Assembly (NCBI RefSeq): GCF_030028105.1
Contig: NC_092397.1
Span: 32,703,097 to 32,767,096 of the forward strand
DNA: 64,000 nucleotides
Source of the DNA: Mobula birostris
Lineage: Eukaryota
Direction: 5' to 3'
Part shown: positions 51,555-63,874 of the stretch, in pieces
Layout: each line of letters starts with the position of its first letter
Numbering within the stretch: position 1 is the stretch's first letter
The notes under the pieces: model-generated
What the model was told of the DNA's origin: nothing
The model's input: only the letters and a program-made list of their open reading frames with translations
Database searches by the model: none
Program-made: the position numbers and the translations under genes

Positions 51555-53990
51555 AGCAAATTTATCGATGTCACTAAAGTTGGTGATATCGTGGAGTGTG
51601 AAACAATGTAACTAACATTACAACAGGACGGTGATCAATGAGGTCACTGATTTGAGGAATGACAGATAAATGTGAGATGTGCCATTGTCATTGACGAACC
51701 AGGGCAGAACTGCCGTGGGGAATGGTCTGTCCCTGGGAGTGCTGTAAAACAGAGATATCGGGGTGCGGATATCGAATTCCTTCAGAGTGTAAACACAGGT
51801 AGTCAGGACGGTGAAGAAGCTGTTCGCCACACTCGCATTCATCGGGTAGAGTATCGGCCACTGGACTGTGACGTCACGTTACAGCTCTACCAGCCTCGGG
51901 GAAACTACTCTCGGAGCACGGAGTACAGTTATAGTTGCCCTGGGATCAGAGGGTGACATTAAACTGGAGAGGGTGCAAAAGGGATTTAACAGGAGGCTAC
52001 ATAGGCCAGGACCTTTCTCACCAGAGTGTATGTGACATTACAGAGGTGATAAAATAATGGCAGTCATAGATACGGTCAACAGTGAATCTGTTATCTTCAG
52101 GTTTATGGAGTTGGAAGCGAGAGATTACAGATATAAAGTGAGAGAGGAAAGATTTAAATAGGACCCTGAGGAGCAGGTTTTGTACACAGAATGTGCTGTT
52201 TACATGGAACAAACTACCCCAAGTGGTGGTGTAGGTGGGCACAGTTGCAATATCTCTTGGACTGTGGAGAGGGAAGTTTCACAGGGACATGGGCCAAATG
52301 CAGGCAACTGACAATAATTTTGTTTGGCCACTTGGTCAGCATGGATGTGTTGGGCTGAAGGACCTGTTTCTGTGCTGCATAACTCAGTAACTACGTCTGC
52401 TGCTGTGGCAGAGTGGGAGAGACAGTGTCAGTAGTGAGAAGGTTTGGGGGATGTAGACAGGAGAGTGAACGGTTGAGGATGTGGCAGATGGAACAGAATG
52501 TGGGGAAATGTGTGATCACCCATTCCCAGGAACAAACTGTAAGAGTCATTTCCACACAGGGATGTTCAGAGGGACCTGGGCATCCTTGTAAACAAATCAC
52601 TTGAGTTTACATGCAGATACAACAAGTAATGAGAGTGCCTGAACTGTGCTGTACTATTCTATGTTCTATTTATATGGGAGGCAGGGTTTGAGGGTCGGCA
52701 CAACATTGTGGGCCGAAGGGCCTGTACTGTGCTGTACTATTCTATGTTCTATGTTCAAACAGTATTTTGTCCTGTGATCCATGGGGATTGTACAAGAGGG
52801 TACAGAGGTCTCACTGGGATTATATAGGGCCCTGGTGAGAGCACACCTTGAGTATCGTGTCCAGGTTTGGTCACACTTCCTCAGGAAGGATATCCCTGCA
52901 ATAGAGGGAGTGCAGTGACTGTTCCCCACACTGACTGGGTTGGTTCCGGGGATGGAAGGTTGGTTATATGAGAGGAGAGTGAGTGCGCTGGGTCTGTATT
53001 CCCTGCTGTTCATGAGAAAACGAGGAAATCTGTTAGATTCTTTCAGGATATGACAGGCAATAGGCAAGGAGGATCTTTCCCCTGAATGAGAACTCCATAT
53101 CTGAGGAAAATACCCTTAGAATGAGGTGTAAATCACAAACACGAGAGAATCTGCTGATGCTAGAAATCAAACGCAACACACACAAAATGCTGGAAGAACT
53201 CAGCAGGACAGGCAGCCTCTATGAAAAAGAGTTAACAGTCGACACTTCGGGCCGAGACACTTCATCAGATCTCAGGGTGAAGATTCTCAGCCCGAAGCAT
53301 CGACTCGTTACTCTTTTCCATAGATGCTGCCTGGCCTGCTGACTTCCTCCAGCATTTTGTGTCTGTTGCTCAGAATGAGGTGACAAGCATTCAGGATGGA
53401 AATGAGATATTTTGTAAATCAGAGAACAAAGAACTTCTGTATTCCTTATATAAGTAATGTGGAGCCTCAGTTGCTGGGTTGAGTCAAAGCTGAGATCTCT
53501 GGGAGAGATTTAGTCACTAAGTGAGTCCATAAGACCATAAGATACAGGAGCAGAATTCGACCATTTTGCCTGTTGAGCCTTCTCTGGCATTTCATCATCA
53601 CTGATCAATTTTTCCTCTCAGCCCCAATCTCCTGCCTTCCATTGTATCCCTTCACGCCCTGACCAATCAAGAATCTATCAATCTCTGCCTATACCCAGTG
53701 ATTTGGCCTCCACAGCTGCCTGCAGCAAAACAATTCACAGATTCACCACTCTCTGGCTGAAGAAATTCCTCCTTATTTCCATTCTAAAAGGATGACCCTC
53801 TATTTTGAAGCTGTGTGGTCCAGTTTTAGACACACCCATCACAGGAAAAATCCTCTCCACATCCACTCAATCAAGCCCTTTCACTATTTGATAGGTTTCA
53901 ATTTGGTAACCCTTCTTTCTTCGAAGTTCCAATGAATAGAGGCCCAGAGCCGTGAAACTCTGTTCATTAGGCAAGCCATTTAATCCTGAG
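51555..53990. mobile_element. Old CR1 fragments in both orientations
   Basis: Decayed RT C-terminal motifs (LYRALVRAHLEYRVQVWS) and (ttctatg)n / (ccataaga)n tails. Confidence 0.7.
53129..53371. mobile_element. Inverted dimer of the hammerhead element with 11-bp TSD
   Basis: Two opposite halves, each with a decayed core; agaatgaggtg at 53118-53128 and 53372-53382. Confidence 0.85.
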
Positions 53991-55244
53991 TAAAATTCTC
54001 CATTTGTGATGTCATGTCAGCACAAAAAAATCTGGATTTCAGAGATGTTTGCATTTTGGAATTATGGACCAATCTCCACAGACCTAATCACTAATTTGTA
54101 CTGCAGTGAACACTGTTAATTTAACCCATGCAATCCCAGGCATACAGATGCAAAATAAAGACAATTCTAAATTGAAAGTAGGAAAGTTGAACCTTACTTG
54201 GAGGTAAAGCCTGATTACTAGGCCTCAGAACATTCTACTCCCCAAATGGTCAAAATAAAGCCAAGTAACAAGGTTTAAAATACCCACAACATGCAGAATT
54301 ACATGCCTCTCATTACCTTGATCCATGGGATAAACACAAGTGGGCCTGATTAACCCTGGCTGGGTTGCCTGGGCGAGGATGTCTCCTGATTAAAGACCCA
54401 AAACACCCAATGACCCCAGGTTGCATTACTGACGATGTGTCCCTTTGCAACACCCGGTTCATTAAGCCAAGTGGTGTCAGGCCACGTTAATGAAAGGAAT
54501 GGGCCAGATTGAAGTGACTCCACTACACTACCCTATCCACCATAGCCCCACCTATCTCACCATACTAAACTCCACAGCATTATCTCTCCCAGCCCCGCAT
54601 ATACATCCACCAGCCCTACCCTCAAACCTAATCCTGAGGTTCAAGGGGGCACACACCCCCACAAACCCGATGACCAGTGTAAGGAGAAGGAAGATGCAAT
54701 AAAGGCAAGTGTTGGACTTGGTTAATGAAGGCATGGGCCAGATCAAAGTGGCAGCGTTGTGTGACACTGAATCCAGAGTGACGAGATGAAGAAGCACAAG
54801 AGGGATGATTCTCCCACTGCCGGCATAATCTGTTTGTTATTTTGATTTTGTTCTGATAGTCTTCTGTCTGTTTGAATATTTTGGTATAATTCATATTTAA
54901 TTTCAGTGTTTCTTGTCAGTGTTGTGTCTCTGATGCAATGTCTGTGATGCTGCTACAAATACTTTGTTCCTTTCACCTGTGCATAAATAAACTCGATTTA
55001 AACTTTACACTGAAATGTCCAAATCTCTCCTTCACTCTCCTGCAGCCCTATGTCATGAACTAAATGTCCTAGTGTTTAATTTTACAATATTTCATCTGAT
55101 TTTATTTTCATTCGGCTTTTGAAATTTGCGTTTCCCTTTTCAATTTCAGCCCGCAGCCCGGCCTGTCTCTGCCCTTCAGTACTTCCTCCCGCATTCAACG
55201 ACAGCGGTAAACCCCGCCCATTGGCGCCGCTTCCCATCCCCCAG

Positions 55245-55345
55245 CGTTCCGATTGGTGATTCATTTCTCCAAACAGCCAATGGAAATGCTCAGCATTCCC
55301 ATCCTCATTAACATACCGCTTTGGGCGCTGCCTATTTAATCCGCG
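55245..55345 (+). promoter_or_regulatory. H2B promoter (CCAAT boxes, octamer-like ATTAACAT, TATTTAA)
   Basis: ATTGG about 55252, CCAAT about 55277, ctcATTAACATac 55307-55314, TATTTAA 55333-55339. Same layout at 62470-62595. Confidence 0.75.
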
Positions 55346-55391
55346 CTCCGAACAGCTTCTGCTTATTATTGTGTTTGAAACCGACGGGGAA

Positions 55392-55766
55392 ATGCCTGAT
55401 CCAGCGAAACCCGCTCCCAAGAAGGGCGCCAAGAAAGCTTTGTCCAAACCAGCGAGCAAGACTGGCAAGAAGCGCAAGAGGTCGAGGAAGGAGACTTACG
55501 CCATCTACATCTACAAAGTGATGAAGCAGGTTCACCCCGACACCGGCATCTCCTCCAAGGCCATGAGCATCATGAATTCATTCGTCAACGATATTTTCGA
55601 GCGCATCGCGGGCGAGGCTTCCCGCCTGGCCCATTACAACAAGCGGTCCACCATCAGCTCCCGGGAGATCCAGACCGCCGTGCGGCTGCTGCTGCCCGGG
55701 GAGCTGGCCAAGCACGCCGTGTCCGAAGGGACAAAGGCGGTGACCAAGTACACCAGCTCCAAGTGA
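55392..55766 (+). CDS. H2B: Histone H2B (copy 1)
   Basis: [12 protein letters not shown]...AVTKYTSSK, 124 aa; the true ATG is at 55392. Confidence 0.98.
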   Translation: MPDPAKPAPKKGAKKALSKPASKTGKKRKRSRKETYAIYIYKVMKQVHPDTGISSKAMSIMNSFVNDIFERIAGEASRLAHYNKRSTISSREIQTAVRLLLPGELAKHAVSEGTKAVTKYTSSK

Positions 55767-55803
55767 AGACAAGTTCACTGACAAAACAAACCGGAAAATC
55801 AAA

Positions 55804-55844
55804 GGCTCTTTTAAGAGCCACTCACGGTTTCATTAAAAGAGTTA
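55804..55844 (+). terminator. Histone stem-loop plus histone downstream element (HDE)
   Basis: GGCTCTTTTAAGAGCC 55804-55819; AAAAGAGTT about 55835. Confidence 0.95.
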
Positions 55845-56221
55845 CACGATATTGAGACATGGAATTGAGGTAAATTTGGAATTTTTTGTTGAAATGCTCA
55901 TTCAGAATCTTATCCCCGTTAATCAGAACTTGCTGTCCGCTGCTCAGTATAATCCCAATTTCTCTGTTAATTTCTGCCAACTGCCCAGACACGGAATCGT
56001 TACACACCCGTTTCCCCGTCGCTTCCTCTCGGTCATCAGATTTCTCTGACATGGACGCTAATGTTTCTGGTTTAAATACCGTGGGTTCATTAAGCTTTGT
56101 CCCATTTTCGATACTTCTCTTAACCCCATTCCGACGCAAGAGCTGAACACTGTCACGGGTCGTTCAGAGTACTTGTTAAAGCTCCACTTTCTGACGGGTG
56201 ACCCCTTGCTAAACTGACTTG

Positions 56222-56575
56222 AGTTTACACAATGACCGACCGCGAACAGCAGCTGAGGACCGGTTTTATTCCAATCGTTTATCAATTGAAAGATATCGGT
56301 GAACTAATTTCTCAGACACCATCGCAATATTAACTACACTTTGTTTAAGTGTGTCGGACTCCAGTAACGGGGGTAAAGAGCCGACAAACAAACCTGTTGT
56401 GGTTTAATTTCAGCAACAAAGGCTTTTTTGGCGGTGTATTGCAAATTTCAGTTTATTTCGGCGGTTAGACGATATTTTCCGCGCTTCTACAGTCTGATTG
56501 GTGAATAAGGCAGCTCTGTGATTGGAATATTTGCTCTTTCAAATCAGAATGGGCACTGGTTCACCAATCATAAAC
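56222..56575 (+). promoter_or_regulatory. Orphan H2A-type promoter (gene absent)
   Basis: Homologous to 63406-63776 (gtttacacaatgacc, tttttggcgg, tccgcgcttct, gattggtga.taaggcag, ccaatca); no TATA or H2A ORF follows. Confidence 0.75.
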
Positions 56576-56759
56576 GCCCCACTACATTCCGCACCTCCCG
56601 CCCCGCCTGCATCAGAAGGGCGATTTTCAGAAGCCTGATTTCTAATGGTCAAAACTTCGTTTATTTCTGATTTATCAAATCTATGTGATGTTATATGTAT
56701 TCAGGAAACCTGATTGTTATCGCATTTAAGTTCTTCCTTCCAGTGTTATATTGTAATTA

Positions 56760-58030
56760 AGCGTGATAGATTAGTTGGTAGAGGAGGTGGTGTTGCAAGT
56801 TTTTTTTAAAGAGAGGGAGAGGCCATAAAGTTGTGGATGTAAATGAAATGTATGAGGCATTTGAAGACATTTGATTCCACAGGTAGGGGCAATAAAGTGG
56901 TATATTATTATAACGTCGACTGTACCTCTTCCTAGAGATGCTGCCTGGCCTGCTGCGTTCACCAGCAACTTTTATGCGTGTTGCTTGAAATTCCAGCATC
57001 TGCAGATTTCCTCGTGTTTGTGTATTATTATAACCATTGTGGAAAGCTTCCGATTGATTTGTTGGAGAGTATACGTAGCTCTAGCTCACTAAGCGTTGTA
57101 TGGTGTGGGGATTTTAACACATAGTTAATTTACTGTGGGGTTGTTCTCAGATTGGTAATATTTTGTTTATAGAAGAGTTTCAGATATTTCATATCCTGTT
57201 AGTCTTTATGGTGGGAGAGGTACGAGATTTAATGTTCATAATAGTTCTGAAAATGCTGTAAATTTAACTTTAGTTTTGAACATTGGAGTGAGTAGTGGGA
57301 TGTCATGGGAGATGAAGCATTGGGGAGTGATCGTTTCCCTATGTTTATAAGCTTGGGTTTGGATTTATATAGGGGGCATGAGGCCACTTTTAGGAGGTGG
57401 AACTCTGGTAAAGCAAATTGGGAGAAGTTTGAATGTTTTATGTGCTGAGTGTCTGTCTGGGCTGAATGGTGAGGATGATGTGGATTTCTGCAAAGAAACG
57501 TTGTGACATTATTCATCAAATAGTGGTGGCAGAGATTCAATTTAAAAAGTGCAGTAGTGGGAGAAAAGCTGTACCGTGGTGGACGGAGGAGTGTGCAGAG
57601 GCAGTTACTGAGAGAAACGTGGCATTTCGGAAAGTTAGGAAGTATCACTCTCCGCGTAATCATATTAAGTGTAACAGGTCACAGGCCGTGGTGAGGAAAG
57701 TAATGAAGCTTGTGAAAAAGATTTACTGGAGGTCATATTGTGAAAGTATTGGAAGGACTATTAAACTTGAAGATGTTTGGGGAATGACTAAGAAAATGGG
57801 GGTGTGGGATTCATAGGGTTCCGAATATTGATTAAAGAAGGTAATACAATTGTTCCTGAAGGAGAGACGGTTGAGTCCTGGCTCGGTCATTTGCTGCAAT
57901 TCATAATCAAAATAGGTGGAGAGACTAAACAATGTAGCAATAAGGTTTTACAAGAATATCTTAATGTGTTGGAAACCAGCCGTAGCAATGATAGTATTAG
58001 TGATGTAGAGTTTCTTTGTGTGAATTTAAG
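56760..58030 (+). mobile_element. I/Nimb-group LINE APE fragment
   Basis: VVWCGDFN, GRGTRF, LGSDRFP, KAVPWWTEECAEA; paralogous to 15750-17290. Confidence 0.7.
56915..57022 (+). mobile_element. Hammerhead mini-element starting at the cleavage triplet, 12-bp TSD
   Basis: tattattataac at 56903-56914 and 57023-57034; the insert begins gtc^gactgtacc. Confidence 0.85.
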
Positions 58031-58033
58031 AAT

Positions 58034-58490
58034 TCTCTCTCCCCTCCCCCACCTTTTAAAATTTACTCCTCATTGTTTTTTCTCCAGTCCTGCTGAAGAA
58101 TCTCAGCCCAAAACGTCAGCTGTACTTTTATCCACAGATGCTGCCTGGCCTGCAGAGTTTCTCCAGCATTTTGTGTGTGTTCCTTGGATTTCCAGCATCT
58201 GCAGATTTTCTCCTGTTTATTACTCAATGTCAACAAGCATTTTGTATGACAACTGTCACAGTTCCACTCATTTAGAAATGCAGATATGAAACTCAAGGTT
58301 CAGCATATGCTGGGAATAAACTGTAAAGTGACACACACAAAGTACTGCGGGAACTCAGCAGGTCAGGCAGCAGCTAAACAGAGGAATAAACAGTCTAGAT
58401 AGGATGAAGTGTCTTGGCCCATAATATCAACTATTTATTTGTCTGCACAGATGCTGCTGGGGGGCACTGAGTCCCTCCAGTATTTTGCAA
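58034..58490. mobile_element. Two further degenerate PLE-derived elements (monomer 58034-58220; inverted form 58330-58490)
   Basis: cagtcctgctgaagaatctcagcccaaaacgtcagctg...gatgctgcctggcctg. Confidence 0.7.
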
Positions 58491-59269
58491 ACATAAACCT
58501 CTTTTTTCAGTCAATCAGTTTCCAAATGTTGCTGAACTTTCATTTGCAGCCTCATCCTCCTGGTCTGATTCCCTCCTTCTACTCTACATAAACTCGAGCC
58601 TCCATCACATCTGGAGCTCCAAAGCCCTCATTTGTGCTGACCCCTCTTGTTTCTGCTCCACCATTCTGCTGTCGTACTTTACAGGAGAGTGTTGTATTGC
58701 AACAGCCCGGCAGTGTGAGGCACAGCCCTTCGAAATCAGTGAAAATGACACAAAACAATGAACAGAGTGGGACAGGAAGATTTTAACAACACAAGACTTC
58801 AGCCTTGGTCCAGAGCTGTGAGGGATGAGGAATATTTGGGAGAAAACCACAGTAAATTAATCCTCTGCAGTTTACAGAAAGTCGTGGAGTGAATTCAAGG
58901 TAAACCTCTTCATCGCCAGACCGGTGACCAGTTACATCCTGAACATTATAGGGTGAGTTAGTGGTGAACGACAGGGATGGGGTTGAAAGCTCTGGTGTGC
59001 AATAGGAACACAAGCAGGTACCAGCTGGACTTAGTGGCCTCTCGACTGTTCATTATCAGTGTGACAGGGAGGAAGCACCTGAGACACAGGATTTGAAATG
59101 GAATTGATCTATTTGTCTATGACAGATCCACAATATTAAACATCAGTGTATTTTAAGATGGTGGGATGAACCCCCTCAATGCTCAGTAACCAGGGTTCAG
59201 TCCTGGGTCTGATGAGCAGCCACAATATCTGTGGAATCTGACATTAACAGTCCCATATACAGCTTCTTA

Positions 59270-59852
59270 TAACTTCCTCCCTGATGTGAAGTTGCTGGTG
59301 TTTCAGCAGGTGGGATGACTTGAGTAAATTTCTTTGCTGACTCAGGACAGAAGTGTGTCCTCTATGAATTGTAAACTCACTGGAGCCTCACACGGTGGGT
59401 GAACTGAATGAATCTCCTCCCACACTTGGAACAGGTGTGAAGCTATACTGAGAGACAGAGACAACAGAGCCAAGTCTAGCTGCTCACCGGTGTGAACTGG
59501 CTGGTGTTGTAATAGCTTGTGACTGAATGAATCCCGTCCGCCATGGAGCAGGTGAATGGCCTCTCCCCGTGTGAACTTGCTGGTGTATCTGCAGGTGCAG
59601 TGGCCTGGTGAATCCCTTCCAAAATGAGAGGCGGTGAACGCCAACTCACTGTTATCAACTCTATGGCCATTTATCAGGTCAGTCCATGGACAAGTCCACG
59701 TATTGGGACTCTGGTGTGCTGTCTTCTCAACCATCTCCCCCTTCATATTCAGTGATTGGTAGCATTCAAATGCTGGGGAACCGACAGACACAGCAGAAGT
59801 GACACGCTGTTGCATTTGAGATTCTCAGACAGAAATTCTTTGCCTTTTCTGC
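59270..59852 (-). pseudogene. C2H2 zinc-finger gene remnant
   Basis: Minus strand shows frameshifted HTGERPFTCS-like linkers and LLQHQPVHTGE; possible acceptor ttttacag at 59853-59860. Confidence 0.7.
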
Positions 59853-61134
59853 CTGTAAAATGTTTGCAAAGGTGATCAACAGGTGAAAGAGAATATATCT
59901 CAGCTGAGATTATTTTGGTTTTCATGTTGATGTCTGATGTCACACTGTTACAGTGAGGCTGAACACTGCGGAGGAACAACACTTCTAACTGGGCATAGTT
60001 CAGGCATAAGGACACAACAACAAATTCTCTGTTTTCCTCTCTGCCCATCAAGCTGTGACTTGGCTCAGTGTGTCTCTCTCCATTACTATAGCTTCACATT
60101 CTGGGTATCTCCCACAGACCTACTAAGCACACAATACAAACAGAGCTGCTTTGTGAGAGTTTCTGCTGATCGTGACCCTGCTGGCATTCGACGGTAGTAA
60201 ACTCAGAGTCAGCAATGCCATTAACCCTCAAGAGAATGTGATCAGGTTTTCTTGGTGCAGATTGATACTGCGGTATTCTTGCAGTGTGAAGACTTTTACA
60301 AATAAAATGGCATGAGGCATTTTCTATTTCAGGAAAACCATAACTCATTTATTGTCCTCCAAATACAGAAACATAAAGCACAGTTTAAAAAAAAACTTCA
60401 CATACTTACATCATAACAGCAGTCCAGCTTCGAAAAGAGAAACACAACAGAATGTCAGTGGTCATTAATTACGCACATTTCCAGCCATGACATTACCCTA
60501 CAGCGACCCCACCCCCCCACTGAATCCTCTTACTGCTCCCGCTCTGTGATCTTTAGAGCAGTTTACTTCCTTTTAGTGACACTTGCAAGATAATACAGAG
60601 GAACACATCAAGTTCTCTCGTGTATTAGTGCTCCTAAGGGTGCTGCCATTTACTGTGGAGTTTCTTACGACATTTTACCTGTAAAACTCCTCACACTTGT
60701 CCAGATTAAAATCCATTTCCCCCATTTCTCCATCCATGATTCCAATTGATCTATATCCACTTCTGTCCATTTGACAACCTTCCTCGCCACCCACAACTGC
60801 ACCAATATTCATGTCATCAGCGATCTGATCCGCCCACGTATGTTTTAATCTGATCAAACAAAGGTCCCATCACTGATCACTGTGGACACACTGGTTACAT
60901 ATCTACAGTCAAAATCATTCTCAATTCTATCAGTTCAAATGTTGCTACACGATACACACCATTCAAACCCTCCCACACCGAGACTCGAGGAAAGTTACAC
61001 ATTTATCACAAGACCAGAGTTGGGTTGAATGGTCTGGGCTTGTTACTCTGGATGCTCTGCTCCAAAGTCCATTCAGATTAGTACAAGGTAACCAGATACA
61101 TCATCACTGAGACACTGATGTACAGCATTGTGTC

Positions 61135-61565
61135 ACAGACAGGAGAAAATCTACAGTTGCTGGAAATCCAAGCCACACACACAAATGCTGAACAAACTCA
61201 GCGGGTCAGGCAGCATCTATAGAAAAAAAACACAGCCACTGTTTTGGGACAAAACCCTTTGGCAGAACTTAGGAGAAAATCTGAGGAGTAGATTTAAAAG
61301 GTGGGGAAGGGGAGAGAGAAAATAAGGTGAGTGTGAAACCTGTAGGGGGCTGGGAAGTTGATTAGTGAAAGAGACAGGAGGCCATGGAAGAAAGAAAAGG
61401 GGAGAGGAGCACCAGAGGGAGATGGTGGGTGGGCAAGATGATGGGAAATGGTGAAGGGGGGGGTGTGGGAGGCATTACCAGAAATGCGAGAGTTCGATGT
61501 TCATGCCGTCAGGTTGGAAGCCACCCATAAGGTGTTGTTCCTCCAACAAATGTGTGGCCACATCG
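61135..61565 (-). mobile_element. PLE 3' fragment with decayed hammerhead repeat
   Basis: Homologous to 21560-22050. Confidence 0.75.
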
Positions 61566-61684
61566 CATTGTGTGTTATTGTTTAAAAAGCTAAAAATAAT
61601 TCAATTGTGAGGATGAATCTGAAAGAAGTTTCTACATTTACACTGCATGAGAGACTGGGAGACACAGTGCCAAGTACCAACTCC

Positions 61685-61860
61685 CACACTGTACCAGAGA
61701 CTGACAGGTACAGAATGAACCTCACACTCTCACACTGTACCAGAGACTGACGGGTACAGAATGAACCCCACACTCTCACACTGTACCAGAGACTGACAGG
61801 TACAGAATGAACTCCACACTCTCACACTGTACCAGAGGCTGACGGGTACAGAATGAACCC
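61685..61860. repeat. 46-bp minisatellite, about 3.8 copies
   Basis: cacactgtaccagagactgac(a/g)ggtacagaatgaac..cacactct starting at 61685, 61731, 61777 and 61823. Confidence 0.95.
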
Positions 61861-61986
61861 TGTACGTAATGTACAGACATTACGTACTTTAACAAAACCC
61901 AACAACGCTCCTCCCCACCTCAAGACAGCACCACTTTGATCAATTTACACTGCAATGGACTGTCTTGAGACTCGTTCAAATTCTCT

Positions 61987-62093
61987 GCAACACACATCAA
62001 AGTTGCTGATGAACGCAGCAGGCCAGGCAGCATCTCTGGGAAAGAGGTACAGTCGACATTTTGGGCCGAGACCCTTCGTCAGGACTAACTGCT
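61987..62093 (-). mobile_element. Hammerhead mini-element with 8-bp TSD (GAAA box mutated)
   Basis: agtcctgacgaagggtctcggcccaaaatgtcgactg; aattctct at 61979-61986 and 62094-62101. Confidence 0.8.
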
Positions 62094-62647
62094 AATTCTC
62101 TTCTCTTTTTACAATTCTGTACAGCAGTTTAGTTCTTGTGAGCACTGTATCGTGGATACTATGTGTTTATGATGCTGCTGCAGTAAATTTATCTTTCACC
62201 TGGTCCATTTGACCTTCGGTCTCCTGCTGTCCTGTTTCATTACATAAACGTTTCATATTATCAACTGTGTGTTTTCCTCATTCCATCTGCTTTTCTAGCA
62301 GATACGACGGGCCGAATGACCGAATACTGCCGCTGTAGTTGGTCCATTTTGTATTTTAGATTTCCTTCCTGCGGAATTAACCGGCAGCGGCAACTCACCA
62401 GATCGGCGACAGGTCCCTGTCCACGGTGTTACCCAAAACGAACACTGGGTAGTGCAGAACGAGTTCTGATTGGTTGATTCCTTTAGCTATCCAATCAAAT
62501 TATCTTACTGCATGAACGTTACTTCAAATAGCCATTGAGAAACCTAGGCATCCCATCCCTCATTAGCATACACCTCTGGGCGCTGCCTATTTAATTCGTG
62601 CTCCGGGTCCGTTTTACTTATTTGTGGTTCTGAAGCGGTCAGCTGAA

Positions 62648-63022
62648 ATGCCTGAGACAGCGAAACCCGCTCCGAAGAAGGGCGCCAAGAAAACTCTGCC
62701 CAAACCAGCCGGTAAGGCAGGGAAGAAGCGCAAGAGGCTGAGGAAGGAGAGTTACTCCATCTACATCTACAAAGTGATGAAGCAGGTTCACCCCGATACT
62801 GGCATCTCCTCCAAGGCCATGAGCATCATGAACTCATTCGTCAACGACATCTTCGAGCGCATCGGGGGCGAGGCTTCACGCCTGGCCCATTACAACAAGC
62901 GGTCAACCATCACCTCACGGGAGATCCAGACCGCCGTGCGCCTGCTGCTGCCCGGGGAGCTGGCCAAGCACGCCGTTTCCGAAGGGACAAAGGCGGTGAC
63001 CAAGTACACCAGCTCCAAGTAA
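62648..63022 (+). CDS. H2B: Histone H2B (copy 2)
   Basis: [12 protein letters not shown]...AVTKYTSSK, 124 aa; the true ATG is at 62648. Confidence 0.98.
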   Translation: MPETAKPAPKKGAKKTLPKPAGKAGKKRKRLRKESYSIYIYKVMKQVHPDTGISSKAMSIMNSFVNDIFERIGGEASRLAHYNKRSTITSREIQTAVRLLLPGELAKHAVSEGTKAVTKYTSSK

Positions 63023-63053
63023 AGTTCCCCAGTGAGATGATCGAAAACACAAC

Positions 63054-63095
63054 GGCTCTTTTAAGAGCCACTCACGATTTCACTGAGAGAGTTGT
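63054..63095 (+). terminator. Histone stem-loop plus HDE
   Basis: GGCTCTTTTAAGAGCC 63054-63069; GAGAGAGTTG about 63086. Confidence 0.95.
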
Positions 63096-63614
63096 ACTAG
63101 CATTTAGGCAATACATGGCGCACGTTTTATGTGTGGTGGCTTTTACAGGAGCTAAAGAGCGGTTGGAATATCCGCTTCATCTTCCCCCTATAATCCTGGT
63201 GTTTAACATTCCTCCCACTCCCGTTGCTGTTTTAGCTGTGGGTTCAGGAGTTTATTATTTGGAGTTAGGTAACTTCTCTGAATCTCATTTTAATTCGAGG
63301 CCGGAACGACTTCACGGTTCTTTCATAGAACAGTTTTTTTAAAAAAATTGCAGACTAGCCGCTGGTCACAGTTTGAGAAGAGCCGTTTGTCCATAACCTG
63401 CTAACGTTTACACAATGACCAGCACCGGGCAGAAGCTGAGTGTCAGTTTTACTCGGTTCCTTTACGAGTTGAAAGAAATTTGAGTTCCCAGACACTCCAT
63501 TATCAACTACACTTACATTAAATGTGCCCGGTTTCAATAACAGGGGGAAATGCGAAGACCCAGTCCTCAAACAGATCAGCAATGATTTAATTTCAGATTA
63601 AATTTGAACAATGA

Positions 63615-63812
63615 GTTTTTTTTGGCGGGCTTTTTCCAATTTTCAGAGTACTTTGGGGAGGAGATGGTTACACTCCGCGCTTCTGCCTTTACGGGCTCTT
63701 GATTGGTGATTAAGGCAGTTCGTCGATTGGGCCATTTCTTTTCACCAATGAAAACAAGCAGCATTAAACCAATCACGAGCATTAGTTTGCATTCTCAAAG
63801 AAGGTATAAAAA
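63615..63812 (+). promoter_or_regulatory. H2A promoter
   Basis: TTTTGGCGGG, four CCAAT/ATTGG boxes, TATAAAA 63805-63811. Confidence 0.8.
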
Positions 63813-63874
63813 TGCGAGCTGGGGCGGGTGAACATTCCCTCCCTGTCGCTGGAGCAGTTACTGTGACTTTGGAA

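Noticed and set aside
52644-52755. Direct repeat ctgtgctgtactattctatgttcta
   Set aside because: Tandem CR1 3' tails.
55371-55391. N-terminal extensions of both H2B ORFs in the track (also 62624-62647)
   Set aside because: They start at non-ATG codons in the 5' UTR; the real starts are 55392 and 62648.
61685-61860. CRISPR-like periodicity
   Set aside because: No unique spacers; an ordinary eukaryotic minisatellite.
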